A stretch of 64,000 nucleotides of DNA from Octopus bimaculoides (GCF_001194135.2 NC_068987.1:6979983-7043982); one strand, 5' to 3'. Counted from the stretch's first letter, positions 26,605 through 39,925 are shown. Program-made: numbers and translations. Notes: a model not told the origin generated them from the letters alone.

Positions 26605-27443
26605 TATTGGTATTCCCTCTTTTATAAATGATGCAGTTTTTTAATACTTCTTTTATTTTTCAAAATTAAGATAAGCAAAGGTCTTTTTTAATCTAAAATA
26701 TACTCTCCTTCATTTTCTACAATGCTCTTCCATCTATCTGGTAGACTTCAAAGACCCTCTTCCAAAATTCACTTGTCCGTGACGAAAAGTACTCCACCAG
26801 TACTGTTCTGACCTCTTCTACAGAATTCGTATTTTTTTTCCGTCCAATTGATTCTGAAGACTGTGGGATAAATGATAATCAAATGGAGCAATGTCTGGTG
26901 AATATGGTGGATGGAGCATCGTTTCCCATTCAAACTACTCCAGCCTTTGAAATGTCACCCTCACCGGATGTGGCCGAGCATTATCCTGATGAAGAAAGAA
27001 CACTTTTCGTCATGAAACCAAAGATGGTTGTTTCTCTTCTAACGCTCACTTGAATGACTGGTCGAATGACCAAATCCAAGCTTCTCTGCTAGTTTCGCAG
27101 CAGTTTCGATGGGATTTTGTTCTTCCAGGGTTTGCAGGATGTCCTCGTTGAGCTCTACAGATCTTCCAGGACGAGGCTCGCCTTCTAGGCTGTAGTTTCC
27201 TGCTCGGAAATTCTGGAACCACCATTGACACTGGCTTACGCTTAGTGTCCAACCCCCAAATACTGCATTCATATTCCTCGCACATTCCGCTGTGTTGTTG
27301 CCTTTATTGAACGCATAAAGCAAAGTATACCGAATATGTTCTTTGTCACTTCCATTATAGCTTTGAAAAAATAACTGCCTATCTCTCTAGAACTTTTAGT
27401 TCATGGAATTGAAAACCCGCATTATTTATGGGATGGCCCAGTA
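26605..27443 (-). mobile_element. Internally deleted mariner (DD34D) element
   Basis: Degenerate TIRs (tattggtattccctcttttataaatgatgcagttt vs reverse complement of aaaacccgcattatttatgggatggcccagta) with TA ends; HTH ORF 27039-27323; C-terminal HQDNARPH...HPPYSPDIAPFDYHL with 34 residues between the last two Asp; internal stop. Confidence 0.9.
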
Positions 27444-28659
27444 CCTTTTCCAGTGATAAAGCGAGTGTTTCTCTTGTTTTTTCTTTTCTGTCTTTGTTTT
27501 CCAACGTGCTTGCTTGGATTTCTATATTCCGTATGAGTAGATCCACCTCAACACATTAAATATATGCAGCCTATTCTTTTAACCTGTGGATATAGACATT
27601 CGGGAATGTTTTCATTAAGTGAGCCACAGCCGTTACAGTTTCATCGTTGGACATTTATCATTTGGAGGCACTCTACTTAGTGAATAGAAAGATGCTATCT
27701 CTTTAATTGTTTCAACATTTACATTGTGATCTTTACGATTTTAAACTGTACAATTTCTGCAAATTCATTTTATTTATCATGACGATGACTCGTGTATTCA
27801 TTCTTAATTATTTTCGGTAGGTTCGAACATGAATATGCTAATTGCAATTGTATCTCATCAATGAAGAACAAATCATTCTTTTGGACGGGAGTGTATTCAT
27901 GACACACTCAATTCATTAGCGCAAGGTGACTTTAGGGCACGCGGCATCTTGACATCATTCTCTCCAGCAGTAAATTTGAAAATGATTACCCATTTTATTT
28001 ATTCTATTTGTGTTGGTCCCTATTCTGGCTTGCAGGTGTAATTTCTACTGTCATGAAGTACTTAACGACCGTAGTTTTATTTCGGTATAGATTGCGGCAG
28101 TGAAATATTCATGCAGAATATTAGCATTTTCCTATCGAGAGCATTCTAGCTTTTGTGTTTTATTTGCGAGTCTTGATTTTCTTTGCCAGCTTTTACTATG
28201 GTTACTGTGTTTTTGTTTCTGGATATGTCAAGTCTTGCGCAGTGTTACGAAGGGAATTATTTCAAATTTTCAAGTTTCGTATATTAATGCTATTTGCCAT
28301 CTTTTGGCTAATGTGTTTCGAAGCCGTCCTATGTTAATATGACATGTTTTCCTTAATTTATTTACACGTGATATCTGAGTTAAAAGTATCATTTCCATTA
28401 AATAAATTATATGATGCTGGTATCAATAAAATTTATAAAAATTACAAAAATGGTTATCCTTCGAATTTTTCATTAGGTTCTGTTTTCGATTGATTTTCTT
28501 TATGACTTAATTGACATCAACAGATGTTACTCAGTAGTAATTTATTGCCCTCACATGTTAAACGTAAATACGTTTCCTTTTTTTTGCAATATCTCTTAGT
28601 GTTCACATTAAACATCCCGTGATGTTCTCTTAAGAGGGCCCCAGAGTGTTATTATCACT

Positions 28660-28910
28660 GAGTGAGAGAGCAGCGCATGCTATCAAAGTAACACTGGGGT
28701 GCTAATATACGAAGACCAATATAAGCATCATGACTATCCGTCTGACAAGGGTACAACAAGCACATGCATCACAACCATACGCGCGTGACATAGTGATCTC
28801 ATATCAAAGTAAACAGCGCATGACCTCGCAGGTGGGGCCCATTTAGAATTTTATTCAGGCCGAGTAGCCCATCTCACTCAAAAGGTTCCTGAATAACAGT
28901 TATTTAAGAA
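28660..28910 (-). mobile_element. Interspersed repeat with TAA-type tail (probable non-LTR 3' UTR), copy 1
   Basis: Clear homology to 29184-29400 (gagtgagagagcagcgcatgc...gcacatgcatcacaaccata...caggtggggccc). Confidence 0.6.
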
Positions 28911-29183
28911 TTCAGGCAAATTTCTATTGAATCACCTGCTACACCTCCATGTTGCTGAAGTATATGCAGCATTGCGTGTTCCTCCTTTCGTTGCTGAGGG
29001 AGTGGAAACTCTTCTCGATATTGTATTGTATCAGTTTATTTTGTTATAGGGTCTGATTGTCCTATTTTGTTGTATTAACGTTTGTTTTGCGTATTGTTTG
29101 TGCATGCGAGCTGTGTTTTTTTTTCTGTTGGGTACCTGAGCTGTAGAGTATATGTTATGGGGTCTACTATTATTACTATTATT

Positions 29184-29609
29184 GAGTGAGCGATCAGTGC
29201 ATGCCATCAAAGTGACACTACGTGCAAATATACGACACATCATAACAACTCGTCCGATAAGAGTACACCAGGCACATGCATCACAACCATATGTGCGTGA
29301 CATGGTGATCTCATATCAAGATAAACAGCGATAAACCTTGCAAGTGGGGCCCAGTTAAAATTTTCTTCACGTCGAGTAGCCCGTCACACACAAAAAAGTC
29401 CTCAAATAAGGTCTGTTTTAAGGATGACGAACAAAAGACCCATGTTTCCATAGGTGAATTATTCAAACCTCAAAGAATTCCTCTCAGTACATGGCTATGG
29501 TACGCCCCCACTACTTCTGCTCGTGATCCGGGATCCACATATTTTCAGCCACATGTTCAACTGGTTACGATCCAACAACTAACACGCAAATCCGTGGTAC
29601 TGTGCAAAA

Positions 29610-29610
<1 letters not shown>
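29184..29610 (-). mobile_element. Same interspersed repeat, copy 2 (longer)
   Basis: Homologous to 28660-28910; 29560-29610 also matches 32865-32915; abuts ATT runs. Confidence 0.6.
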
Positions 29611-29679
<69 letters not shown>

Positions 29680-29682
<3 letters not shown>

Positions 29683-30242
29683 TAGTTTTATTTTTATAAC
29701 GTGCTTTCACTTCACTACCGAGCGCAGCTCTGTGTGCCTTGGGTATGTGTGTGGTTTGCTGCGATGCTCTTATGGTTACTGTATTGAACATTGAAAGTGT
29801 TTTGCGTAGGATGTGTGCAGTGCCCAGTAGTGCAATTTTCTGTATGTTATATATATTTGTAAGTCCTGGTGTTTTTGTAATGTATTTGTCTGAATATTTT
29901 TTTATTATATATCTTCGTATGTTAGCTAGTTTATTAGGGTTCCTTTTTGTATCCAGGTCTTTATTTAGATTAGTTTTCTTTCATATTTTATATGTATGTG
30001 TTGTTGCGTTTTCGTTCTTTGGGTAGAGCACTGCTGTAAAGTAAGCGTGTAGGAACGAAATGTATTCCTCACGTGTCCATTTATGCCGTTTTGGTTTTAT
30101 TTGCGGGACATGAGGAACAACGTCCGACCCCTTATTTTGACGGTCATCATTTTCGTAGGGTACCGGTCCGTTCATTTCTGTTGTCAGATTGTTTTGCACG
30201 TGCAGCTCTTCGTACTTTTTGCGTAACAAGTTTAAAGTACGC

Positions 30243-30243
<1 letters not shown>
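29680..30243 (-). mobile_element. Short internally deleted R4/Dong-like element (N-terminus fused in frame to RLE C-terminus)
   Basis: Minus strand: ...RHKWTREEY...THTYKI*KKTNLNKDLDTKRNPNKLANIRRY-IIKK-YSDKYITKTPGLTNIYNIQKIALLGTAHILRKTLS; AATAAA near the 3' end; (TAA)n on both sides. Confidence 0.75.
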
Positions 30244-30288
<45 letters not shown>

Positions 30289-30289
30289 C

Positions 30290-30930
30290 ATCCAGTAGAC
30301 TTCTTGCGTACTTTCACTGCACTACCGAGCATAGCTTTGTGTGCCCTTAGTATGTGCTGTGGTTTTGCTTTGGTTTTGTTATTTTGTTACTGTATATTGA
30401 AAGTGTCCTGAGTAGGATGTGTGCGACGCGCTGTAGTGTTATTGTTGTGTCATGTATATTCTGAAATCCTGGGATTTGTGTGGCGTTTTTGCCCTTCCTA
30501 AAGCACATATTAAACGTAGTTTGGCTTTTAAGGTTACACATTCGGGTTATTTATGTTTCCAGATATTTGTGTTTCGATAGTTTCTCTTCTATAATTTATA
30601 CTTTAGACATACATTGCCGACCGTTGTGCCTGATATGTTGATTACGAGGTATTGTTTTTTTGTGCTCCTTGGTAAAAGCATTTGGTCGACTAACCTGATC
30701 TCCATATTTGTGTTTACTGCCATAGCCACTGCATGGTTGCTTTGTCATTTTCTGAGACGTTCCTTGTAACTTTCGAACTACAACTTTGCTACCAAGTGTA
30801 AAAGTAGAAAATATAGCATACATACGCGAATTAACTTTTGTCAAATTTCTTGGTGCATGTACACAAAGATGAAATGAATGAAAATATTCGTACGAAAAAA
30901 AATTTACAGCGTAAAATGATATAATTCTTC
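30290..30930 (-). mobile_element. R4/Dong-like 3' portion (RLE + 3' UTR), decayed
   Basis: IPGFQNI...AHILLRTLSI; 3' UTR homologous to 29700-29830; ends in the ATT tract 30244-30288. Confidence 0.75.
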
Positions 30931-30949
30931 CCATAACTAGTCATTTACC

Positions 30950-31175
30950 CACCTCTCCCTCCTATTCTTCTCCCTCCCCCTCCTCCTCCTTGCCTTTCTC
31001 CTTCCTCCACTCCCCTCTTTCTCCTCCCTTTCTTCCTCCCTTTCTTCCTCCCTTTCTTCCTCCCTTTCTTTCTCCTCCCTCTCTTCTTCCCCTCTCTTCC
31101 TCTACCCTCTCTTCCCCCTCCATCTCCCCATCCCCCCTTCCCGTCCCCGTTTCCCCTCCTTTTCTCTACTTCTGT
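30950..31175. repeat. Polypyrimidine/polypurine tract with (cctccctttctt)-like units
   Basis: Almost pure C/T on the + strand. Confidence 0.9.
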
Positions 31176-31327
31176 TTTTCCTTTCCTTTCATACTGCGCA
31201 TAAAATTTGTTTACGCACTGCCTGCCACCAAGCCGAGTATGCGCATTCATCCTGCATCCTATTTTCTCTGTGTCTCTTATTTTTTTTCTTTCCCTCATTG
31301 TAATATGATGTAAAGCATGATTGAATA

Positions 31328-31405
31328 ACCAACCAACCAACCAGCCAACCAACCAACCAACCAACCAACCAACCAACCAACCAACCAACCAACCAGCCGA
31401 CCAAC
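31328..31405. repeat. (AACC)n tetranucleotide repeat
   Basis: Direct inspection; gives the GWLV repeat ORFs. Confidence 0.95.
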
Positions 31406-31529
31406 AAACCAGCCAACCTACATTTTTATCGACTATTATTATATATATATTTTCATTTACGCAACAAAAAATAAATGAATGAAAAAATCGTAGTGATTTC
31501 ACAAGGTGTATTCATCGAAGCTGCTTCCC

Positions 31530-32820
31530 ATATATTCAGATATTCAGAACATATCTTCAAGTTCTAACTGGATGAAGGTGAAATACTTTCTGCAGTGTCA
31601 AAGTTAACTGTTATGTTCCTTAAAGATACCTATTTGGAAATATTTACATGCATTGCAAATAGTGTTTGCATAATGATTTGAAGTACCATTATCTCCTTGC
31701 AGTTCCAAAGCCGTTTAATTTTCATTTCTTGTATTTATATATATTTGCATTGCTTTCACTTTCAAACATATATCAAGTAGGTAGATTGCATCTATAATCC
31801 TCATAGGCTCTGGTATCCTTTTCAAGGATAAAAATATCCGATTTTCTATGTTCTGTGTGGACTTTCATGTGTGATTTAACGTTTACATGTAGATTTCCGA
31901 TAAATTTCTCTGGTTCACATTCATAATAAAATTCTGAGCGAGTCCTTCTGAGGTTTTTGCACAATTACCAGTGTATGACTGATGCAGTTTTGTAGTATGT
32001 CCCAACCTTCGTGATGTTTCTGTTGCAGGTTTTTTACACTTTGATAGAAGTAAGCTACAATCTCTAGTTTTTCGCCACATGTTCGCATGATCTATCTACA
32101 TAATCAATATTCGGATTTCTTGTGTCTGTATCTTGTTTTCGAGATGCTACAATAGTGCCGCTGGAAACTTTCTATAAATCCTTTTTCCTCAACCTGACTC
32201 AAAAAAGGATGCTTCTAAACGAGAAGTTCTTGAAGGATATTCTATGAATATTTTCTCGGTCAGTTTTTATTTCTTGTCTTATTTTTACTTGTCTTGTTTT
32301 ATGATATCTACTTAAATTTACCGGTTTTATAGTTCCATCTACTTCTTTCAGAATGTTTATCTATAGTCGACGCCGTCTTCACCATCACAACACAGTTTTC
32401 TACACTTGTTAAACTACTTTCACCATCACTGCTTTTTCTGTAGAATCTTCCAGTAGCAATCTTTTTGAAGATAATTAAGAATCCTGTAAATTCTTAGTGT
32501 CCCAACAGCTGTAACGGAATTGCACAGAATGAACGAGACTGTGCCAGCTGCTATCTCTGTTAACATCACTATTTTTCAGGTAGTATTTAAATATTTTAAT
32601 CACCCTTCTGTCTTCATTTCTCAGCGCATCCTTCGTTTCTTTTTGTTTATGCGATCAACTTCTGAAATACCTATATGCACTCAAAAATATTTTATGAATC
32701 TAGTTTATATTTTCACTTTTGGAAAGATCAGTTCCTCTTCTCTGAAACATTTCCCCCTTTTCATGGTAAAAATACTACATTTATTAGTGCCGAATTCCAT
32801 GAGTTATTTTCCTCACTGAA
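31530..32820 (-). mobile_element. Decayed R4/Dong-like C-terminal fragment (CCHC + RLE)
   Basis: ORFs 31883-32080 (LLSKCKKPAT..., HWxLC-like YTGNCAK) and 31773-31964 (HRKSDIFILEK, RPDI-like). Confidence 0.65.
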
Positions 32821-32864
32821 CACTTGTACACCACAGTTCGACAAAGTGTGAACTCGTTCTTTGG

Positions 32865-32944
32865 TTAAGGTCAAACAACTGACAAGTAAATCTGTGGTAC
32901 TGAGCAGAATATTTGCTGTAGCCCATCTTTTATACCATCTTTTA

Positions 32945-32945
<1 letters not shown>
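32865..32945 (-). mobile_element. Fragment of the 28660/29184 repeat family
   Basis: ggttaaggtcaaacaactgacaagtaaatctgtggtactgagcagaatatt matches 29563-29613. Confidence 0.6.
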
Positions 32946-33002
<57 letters not shown>

Positions 33003-33141
33003 ATTAGTTTTATTTATATTATTATTGTTATTATTATTATTTTGCTTACTTCGGATCGATAAATTAAGTACCAGTTGAGCACGGTAAACAACTGGCCCCA
33101 TCGTCCCTCAAATTTCAAACCTTGTATCTATAGTAGAAAGG

Positions 33142-33203
<62 letters not shown>

Positions 33204-33235
33204 CATTATTATTATTATCATTATTATTATCATCA

Positions 33236-33266
<31 letters not shown>

Positions 33267-33576
33267 GTTTAGTAACCGTAAAAGTAGTAGTAATATTTTC
33301 ATTATCATTATTATCATTATTATTATTACCGTCATCATTACGTAAGTATTTTGCAGTGGGAAAATCGTTAGGATGTCGAAAAAATGACTTATACTATTTG
33401 TTCCAGCTCTTTACATTCCGAGGTGCAAATCTATCCTAAGGCCAAATTTTCCTTTCATTCCTCGATGGTCGATTTAAAATGATTCACCAGTCAACTACTA
33501 AAGTCCATAATATCGATTAACCCCTCAAAATTGCTGACTTTGTACCGAAATTCAGAATTCATTATTATTATTATTA

Positions 33577-33620
<44 letters not shown>

Positions 33621-33680
33621 GATATTATTGCTAACATTACTATTACTATCATTATAATCATCATTGATGATGTTGTTGTT
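32945..33680. repeat. Cluster of (ATT)n tracts with an embedded SINE fragment at ~33050-33140
   Basis: ATT runs at 32945-33040, 33142-33265 and 33560-33660; tcgataaattaagtaccagttgagcac is SINE family 2. Confidence 0.85.
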
Positions 33681-34530
33681 GTTGCTGTTATCATTATATT
33701 TAGCAGTAGAGATATTTGATGTTGTCATTGGTGTATGTAGTAATATTAGTAGCAAGATTGTATGTAGTAATTTTATTAACAATAGTCATGTTAGTAGAAG
33801 TAGTATCATGGTAGCTGTAGTAGTAGTTTTTCTTGTGATTTTGTTGTAGTTCTAATATTGGTATAGTTTGCATATTTTCATTATTAGCATATGTATGTGG
33901 ATATATATGTATGTGTGTGTGGGCGTTCGTATGCGTGTGTGCGTGCGTATGTGTATGTGTGTATGCGTGTATGTGTAGGTATAGCGTTTTGGTAGTGCAT
34001 AGAATAATATATTAGTAATAATAATAACGTTTGCAGAAGAAATGAAGAAATTATTCCTCACTATATTTATATGCAGGCACAGATTGTCCTCAATATTTTC
34101 TGAGGAAGTGAAATGAAATGGAACGAAATATAATAAATAAAATAAAGTAACATGATTACATCATTACATTTAAGAATTNNNNNNNNNNNNNNNNNNNNNN
34201 NNNNNNNNNNNNNNNNNNNNNNNNNNNNNNNNNNNNNNNNNNNNNNNNNNNNNNNNNNNNNNNNNNNNNNNNNNNNNNNNNNNNNNNNNNNNNNNNNNNN
34301 NNNNNNNNNNNNNNNNNNNNNNNNNNNNNNNNNNNNNNNNNNNNNNNNNNNNNNNNNNNNNNNNNNNNNNNNNNNNNNNNNNNNNNNNNNNNNNNNNNNN
34401 NNNNNNNNNNNNNNNNNNNNNNNNNNNNNNNNNNNNNNNNNNNNNNNNNNNNNNNNNNNNNNNNNNNNNNNNNNNNNNNNNNNNNNNNNNNNNNNNNNNN
34501 NNNNNNNNNNNNNNNNNNNNNNNNNNNNNN

Positions 34531-34563
<33 letters not shown>

Positions 34564-34709
34564 GTGAGAGTGTTTCTTAGTGCGTGTATAACGCTGTTTT
34601 CACGCATACCATGTCCTCACGCAGTAGATAGAGTGGGTTTGCAATTTTTGCATATTAAGAGCAATATTAATCTTTAGACTTTCTAAATGTTTTTGTCTAT
34701 ATTGTGTAG

Positions 34710-34737
34710 AGAGTGATAGAGTTGATATATACCCTAG
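34710..34737 (+). CDS. Candidate 28-nt micro-exon (SDRVDIYP, phase 1 to 2)
   Basis: ttttgtctatattgtgtag acceptor and strong ag|gtaaga donor. Confidence 0.2.
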
Positions 34738-36674
34738 GTAAGAATAAAGATGTATAATGACTCATAAAGTAAAAAATATATTATCTCTTATAACCAAAAC
34801 ATGTTTTTTTAAATTCTGTAACTATACACTCTAAGTAGCCTACTGTGTGCAAACTCATATGTGATAATATACAGATTTTCAGAGATAACCTGGTCATTTG
34901 GTTAGTATAAAATAAGCGTTTTAGGATTATACTAAATGAAACAAGTCTTAAATCACCTGCAAAATTTTACGTCTTAGTTTTAAAGCTATTAAATATAGAT
35001 ACATATTTATGCTCGCTTATTTTTTCGGTCTATTAGTCTGTGTTACGAGCAGCATATTACTGATTTGCATCAGTTTTCCTTTCCTCTAAATGTAAGTTAC
35101 TCCTATAAATTTATAGAGTTGATAATAGATTATATATTTTATTAATTTGAAATTCATCATCCAATCAATAATAAAAGAAACACTTCCTCGTAGAAAGCCC
35201 ACTATTCGGACACTATCAAAGATCTGTGAATTAGTTTAGACATAGAAAAGATGATACAATGTCAGTGAATATCGCAAATTATGAAACATTATTAGTGAAA
35301 ACCTTTGCTTCGTTTTCTTTTGAATTTCATTCATGTACAGTGAAATTGAATCTACCATATCAAGTAAACCACATCACGTTCCTATTTAGGTTTACAAAGA
35401 AAGTAAAATTTTAATCATGGTAAAATGTTAGATATAATCTTATGAATTATGAATTTAATTGGGACTACTAACTATTATTTTAGAAATGTTAATACTGTAA
35501 TTTATGATCTTAATGTTGATATTATTAATCTCAGAATTTATTTGTATTTCAGTATGTGAAAGCATGATTTTATGTTACTTTCATTTCATTTCATCAATAT
35601 TGTCTGCAAACTGTCTTGTTGATCTTTGTATTTATTATTCATGTTGTAGATATCCGTACACATATCCAATATATGTTGTTATCACAATAAACCACTAACA
35701 TATTGTATTATTGTAAATATAACATTAGATGTGTATAACATTTTCTTTGAATGTAATTATTCTGTGAAATTTATTATTTTTCTTTTTCTTTTTCTTGTGG
35801 TCTTATACTTCATGCTAAGTTTTCAAAATGTATATTTCTAATGTAAGCGGTTCTATGTTTGTCATTTTAACATGTTACCATAGACTCCTCCTTATTGTGA
35901 TCACAATCCCGGAGTACATATTTTTACGATCATATTTATTCATAAAGAAAATATGCTCATCACCATATTCTATGATACACAAAACAAGTTTCAAAATCGA
36001 TTTCAGAAACTCAGGCTTAAAATGACAGGTGTTTTATCAAATCTTTCATTACGTTCATTAATGTGAACTAATAAATAATTCCAAAAATATAGTAATTACT
36101 ATCAACTACTTGATAAATCAATCGGTTATATCAAAAATGTTTAAAATATTTTTAATTGCATCTCTGACTAAAGTTAGTAAAATAGTAGCATCAAAAACTA
36201 TTAGATAAAAACTATTAGACAAAAACGTTGATGATTCAAGATGATGTCGTTGAACTGACATAGAGATAATATCTATTAATGGACTTTACCTAGATGAGCT
36301 ATATTTCCATTAGTTATCTAGAATATACTTTATGGATATAATAGAATAGGAAACAATCTTCTTTAATTCCCTTTTATATTAATAGATTACAGACATGTAA
36401 TTAAATTATAATATCCGACGCGAAAGCAGTGTAACTTTTTAATATTTCCTGCATTGATTTGTTTCTATCTATCATATCAAAATTCTTCAAATTTCATTAG
36501 GATAATTAAACCATCCAAATACAGTTCTTCCAATTATTAAAAATATATTTATTGATAAAAATGAAGTATATTTGTAGTAAGCAAATTTTAACTGGAAAAG
36601 TTTTAGAAACATTAACTAAGCACACTCGCACAAGCATACGCTAGGTGTTGTATGCAAACACACAAACACATAAG

Positions 36675-36760
<86 letters not shown>

Positions 36761-36904
36761 CACAGATATATATAATATTAGGATAAAAATCCAAATTTAC
36801 AGATAAAAACATCTCAATTAAATTCAATTTATTAAAAAATAAAATTAAATTAAGTTTCACAGTACAAAATATATATAATCGTATTCACTAAGTATTCTCA
36901 TCAG

Positions 36905-36950
36905 CAAAAGAAGGGATACAATTTTGACGAAGCTTTAACATCAGTCGAAA
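36905..36950 (+). CDS. Candidate exon (QKKGYNFDEALTSVE, phase 0 to 1)
   Basis: ctaagtattctcatcag acceptor, gtattc donor; phase-compatible with 39696. Confidence 0.2.
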
Positions 36951-37529
36951 GTATTCGGTGCATTATTTCTTAAAGTTTTACTGAGAAAGTTGTGTTTTAG
37001 TACGGGTCTGGTTACGTAATGATGCGAAAATACATTTATTAAGCATCTTAATTGTCGCTGATATCTTATAATAAATTTCTCTCACGAGTGTATATAGATA
37101 CCACTTGCCTGTTTTAAATAATTTCCATTGCATTTATAATTATGTTATATCTTTGTACAACGTATAATATACATTTGCCAGTGTCAATGTCACAACGGAG
37201 CACTTTTCTAGTACATACCACACTGCATTTTGGTCACCTTATATTCCATATAAAGTGAAGCTGTGATGTCTCATTATTTTTGCATTTGGAAAAATCACGT
37301 ATTTTATATATATTTTCTTTACCAGAATTAACTAAACCATCTTTACCATCTATCCATATGATATTTTAGATTGTTTAAAAAGTCACGCACACACACACAT
37401 GCATGCACACACATGCACACACATGCACGCACCTGCACACATACACATGCACCCACACACGCACGAACGCACGCACGCATGCACGCACCCAGTCATACAA
37501 ACACACACACATATATATATATACATACA

Positions 37530-37532
<3 letters not shown>

Positions 37533-37571
<39 letters not shown>

Positions 37572-37630
37572 AAGAGAGCGAATAAGAAAGATAGAGAGAC
37601 AGAGAGAGAGACTGAGGCAGACAGATAGAC
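37533..37630. repeat. (AG)n / (AGAC)n repeat
   Basis: Direct inspection. Confidence 0.9.
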
Positions 37631-38244
37631 AGACCGAAAAGGAGAGTGCGAGAGGAGGGACGCTGAGAGAATACTCCTAAATTTGTATTTAAATACAAGA
37701 AAATAATGCCGTGCACTTAATAGTGCTTTCCTGGGTCAAAGTCCAATGGTATGTGAAGGAATTTAACTGGTTCCATAAATTTCTTATTTCGAAAATCTAA
37801 ATTGCCTAAGGTTACTCTCTGTCCTTGGATTTTGCGAGACAATACCTCTAAGTACTAATATAGTTCCGCAGTTGCAACTCTTCTTAAGTAAATACAGAAT
37901 AAAACCGACCAGGATATCATATGCGTCCACATATCCATGGCTACGATCACTGAAAACGAATGAGGTTCATATCGTAACTTATAAACGATCTTCAACTAAT
38001 GAAAGAAACTCTTAATAATTCACCGATAGACATACATATTCCAAAACAACAATATAATCGGCTCTGAAAAATAATATAATTGATAGGCAGTAGTATAGCA
38101 ACAGTAACAGAGTACCATTGAATATATCTCAAACTAACTGCACACGTGTGCACGAAATTGACCAACGGAATTTGAGACAATGCTAATTCGTGTGAATTTG
38201 AATTTTCTGTGACACCGGCAACGATCTATTTCCAAGTACATTAG

Positions 38245-38276
<32 letters not shown>

Positions 38277-38860
38277 NNNNNNNNNNNNNNNNNNNNNNNN
38301 NNNNNNNNNNNNNNNNNNNNNNNNNNNNNNNNNNNNNNNNNNNNNNNNNNNNNNNNCCGATCTTATATATATTAGTTTATTACATTAATCCGTGATGTAC
38401 TTGCTAAGCAGAGACAAACGCGTGAAAATGTGCGCACCAAGACAACACATATCAACTTAACGAATTCTTTCCTTCTCCCTCTCCTCCTTTAATTCTGTAA
38501 CTGTCATTTGCTCCCTAATTTGTGACTCCGGGAGAGATCATTGGCAAGGTCCCTCATATGCCGAAATAAAAATAATATATATTTGCGCATGCAAGCACAA
38601 ACGTACACACACACACACGCTCGCACACGTAGACACACTAGCACGTTTGTGTGAATGCTAGCGTCTGTGTACGAACATATACATTCGTTTGTTTGTACGC
38701 ACATGTAATATATCCCTATTTGGCCCGAATTCTCCAGCAACTGTAGTGTTTACAAGATTTCTACCTACTTGGTACCTTCTTCATCGCCAACAACATCCAC
38801 ATTAATATCGTGTTTCTATCCTTCTTAATCTTCCGTAACCTTAGTATCAACCTCATGCAG

Positions 38861-38951
38861 CTGTACAAGTGGAACATTAACGGCATCTACCTTACCAATC
38901 AAAGAGTGTCTGCGAAAACCATAAACGCAGTGTCTTCTCCAGAAAATGAAA
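38861..38951 (+). CDS. Candidate penultimate exon (LYKWNINGIYLTNQRVSAKTINAVSSPENE, phase 0 to 1)
   Basis: Pyrimidine-rich upstream sequence ending atgcag, donor aa|gtaaca, non-repetitive composition; phase-compatible with 39696. Confidence 0.3.
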
Positions 38952-39695
38952 GTAACAGAATTTCGCAAACACACACATATACATTTATTGTCATATTATT
39001 CAATATTAGTTACCCGAAAAAAGATGTTCAGCTTTCATATTGTTTCCTTGATGACTGTTCATAGTCAGTCTAATATGCAATAATTTAATACATGTATAAG
39101 AATGTGAGTCACACATATAAATGTTCCTCTATTCTATGTGCACACAGTTATGTCCCCACACAATGTGTTTCAAACAATCCACCTTGTACATAATTTCTTA
39201 TTTTTAAATAACTATTCTTGCGTATTTATATGTTTATAATCATCATATACAGGTCATATTTCCACGCATTTATTCATCGGATATTTAGCAACCATATATA
39301 AAATAAAGACTTTATGACATGTATGTTTGCTTATATTTTGTATTAATCTACCTTAAAATCCAGCTTTACATTTTAATATCAAATATTCTTTGGAAAGTAT
39401 ACTGATATTTGCTTTATATTTAATTTAATTGTGTGATAAATCATTACTAATATCACACACAAATTTTATTATGTAATTTTCATTGAAAACATCTGAATTT
39501 CAAAAACTTCATTTCATCATCAAAATTTTGTTATTAATGTTTATTCGTAACTTAATGTTTTTTGAGAATGTTTTTATAACAGACATAGTTTTGATTCATA
39601 TGCTGATATTAACAACACATTTTCTTAAATTTTGATGTAAATTAAAGTCATAATCCCCAAAATGAAACAAATTTTATCCTCTGAATTTATTTCAG

Positions 39696-39925
39696 TTGAA
39701 CCGAAAAGCAGCAAGAAAACTCGCTTGAAGGCGTTCAGCAGTTCCTTAGATACACCGAATAGCCGGAAAGCATCCAAAGAGTCAGTTTCGACATTGATTC
39801 GGGAAAACCACAAGCCTCAACCCGACGTACAGGTCGGAATTGAAGAGGACCAGAAGAGCCCGGATAGTGTGATTTATAATGATCTTGAGGACATTGAAAG
39901 TAACAGCAGTCAATCCAGACCATAA
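39696..39925 (+). CDS. Probable terminal coding exon of an unidentified gene (xEPKSSKKTRLKAFSSSLDTPNSRKASKESVSTLIRENHKPQPDVQVGIEEDQKSPDSVIYNDLEDIESNSSQSRP*)
   Basis: Good acceptor tcctctgaatttatttcag; 230-nt GC-elevated non-repetitive open frame in AT-rich flanks; S/K/E-rich disordered composition; TAA stop; AATAAA 43 nt downstream. Confidence 0.6.
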
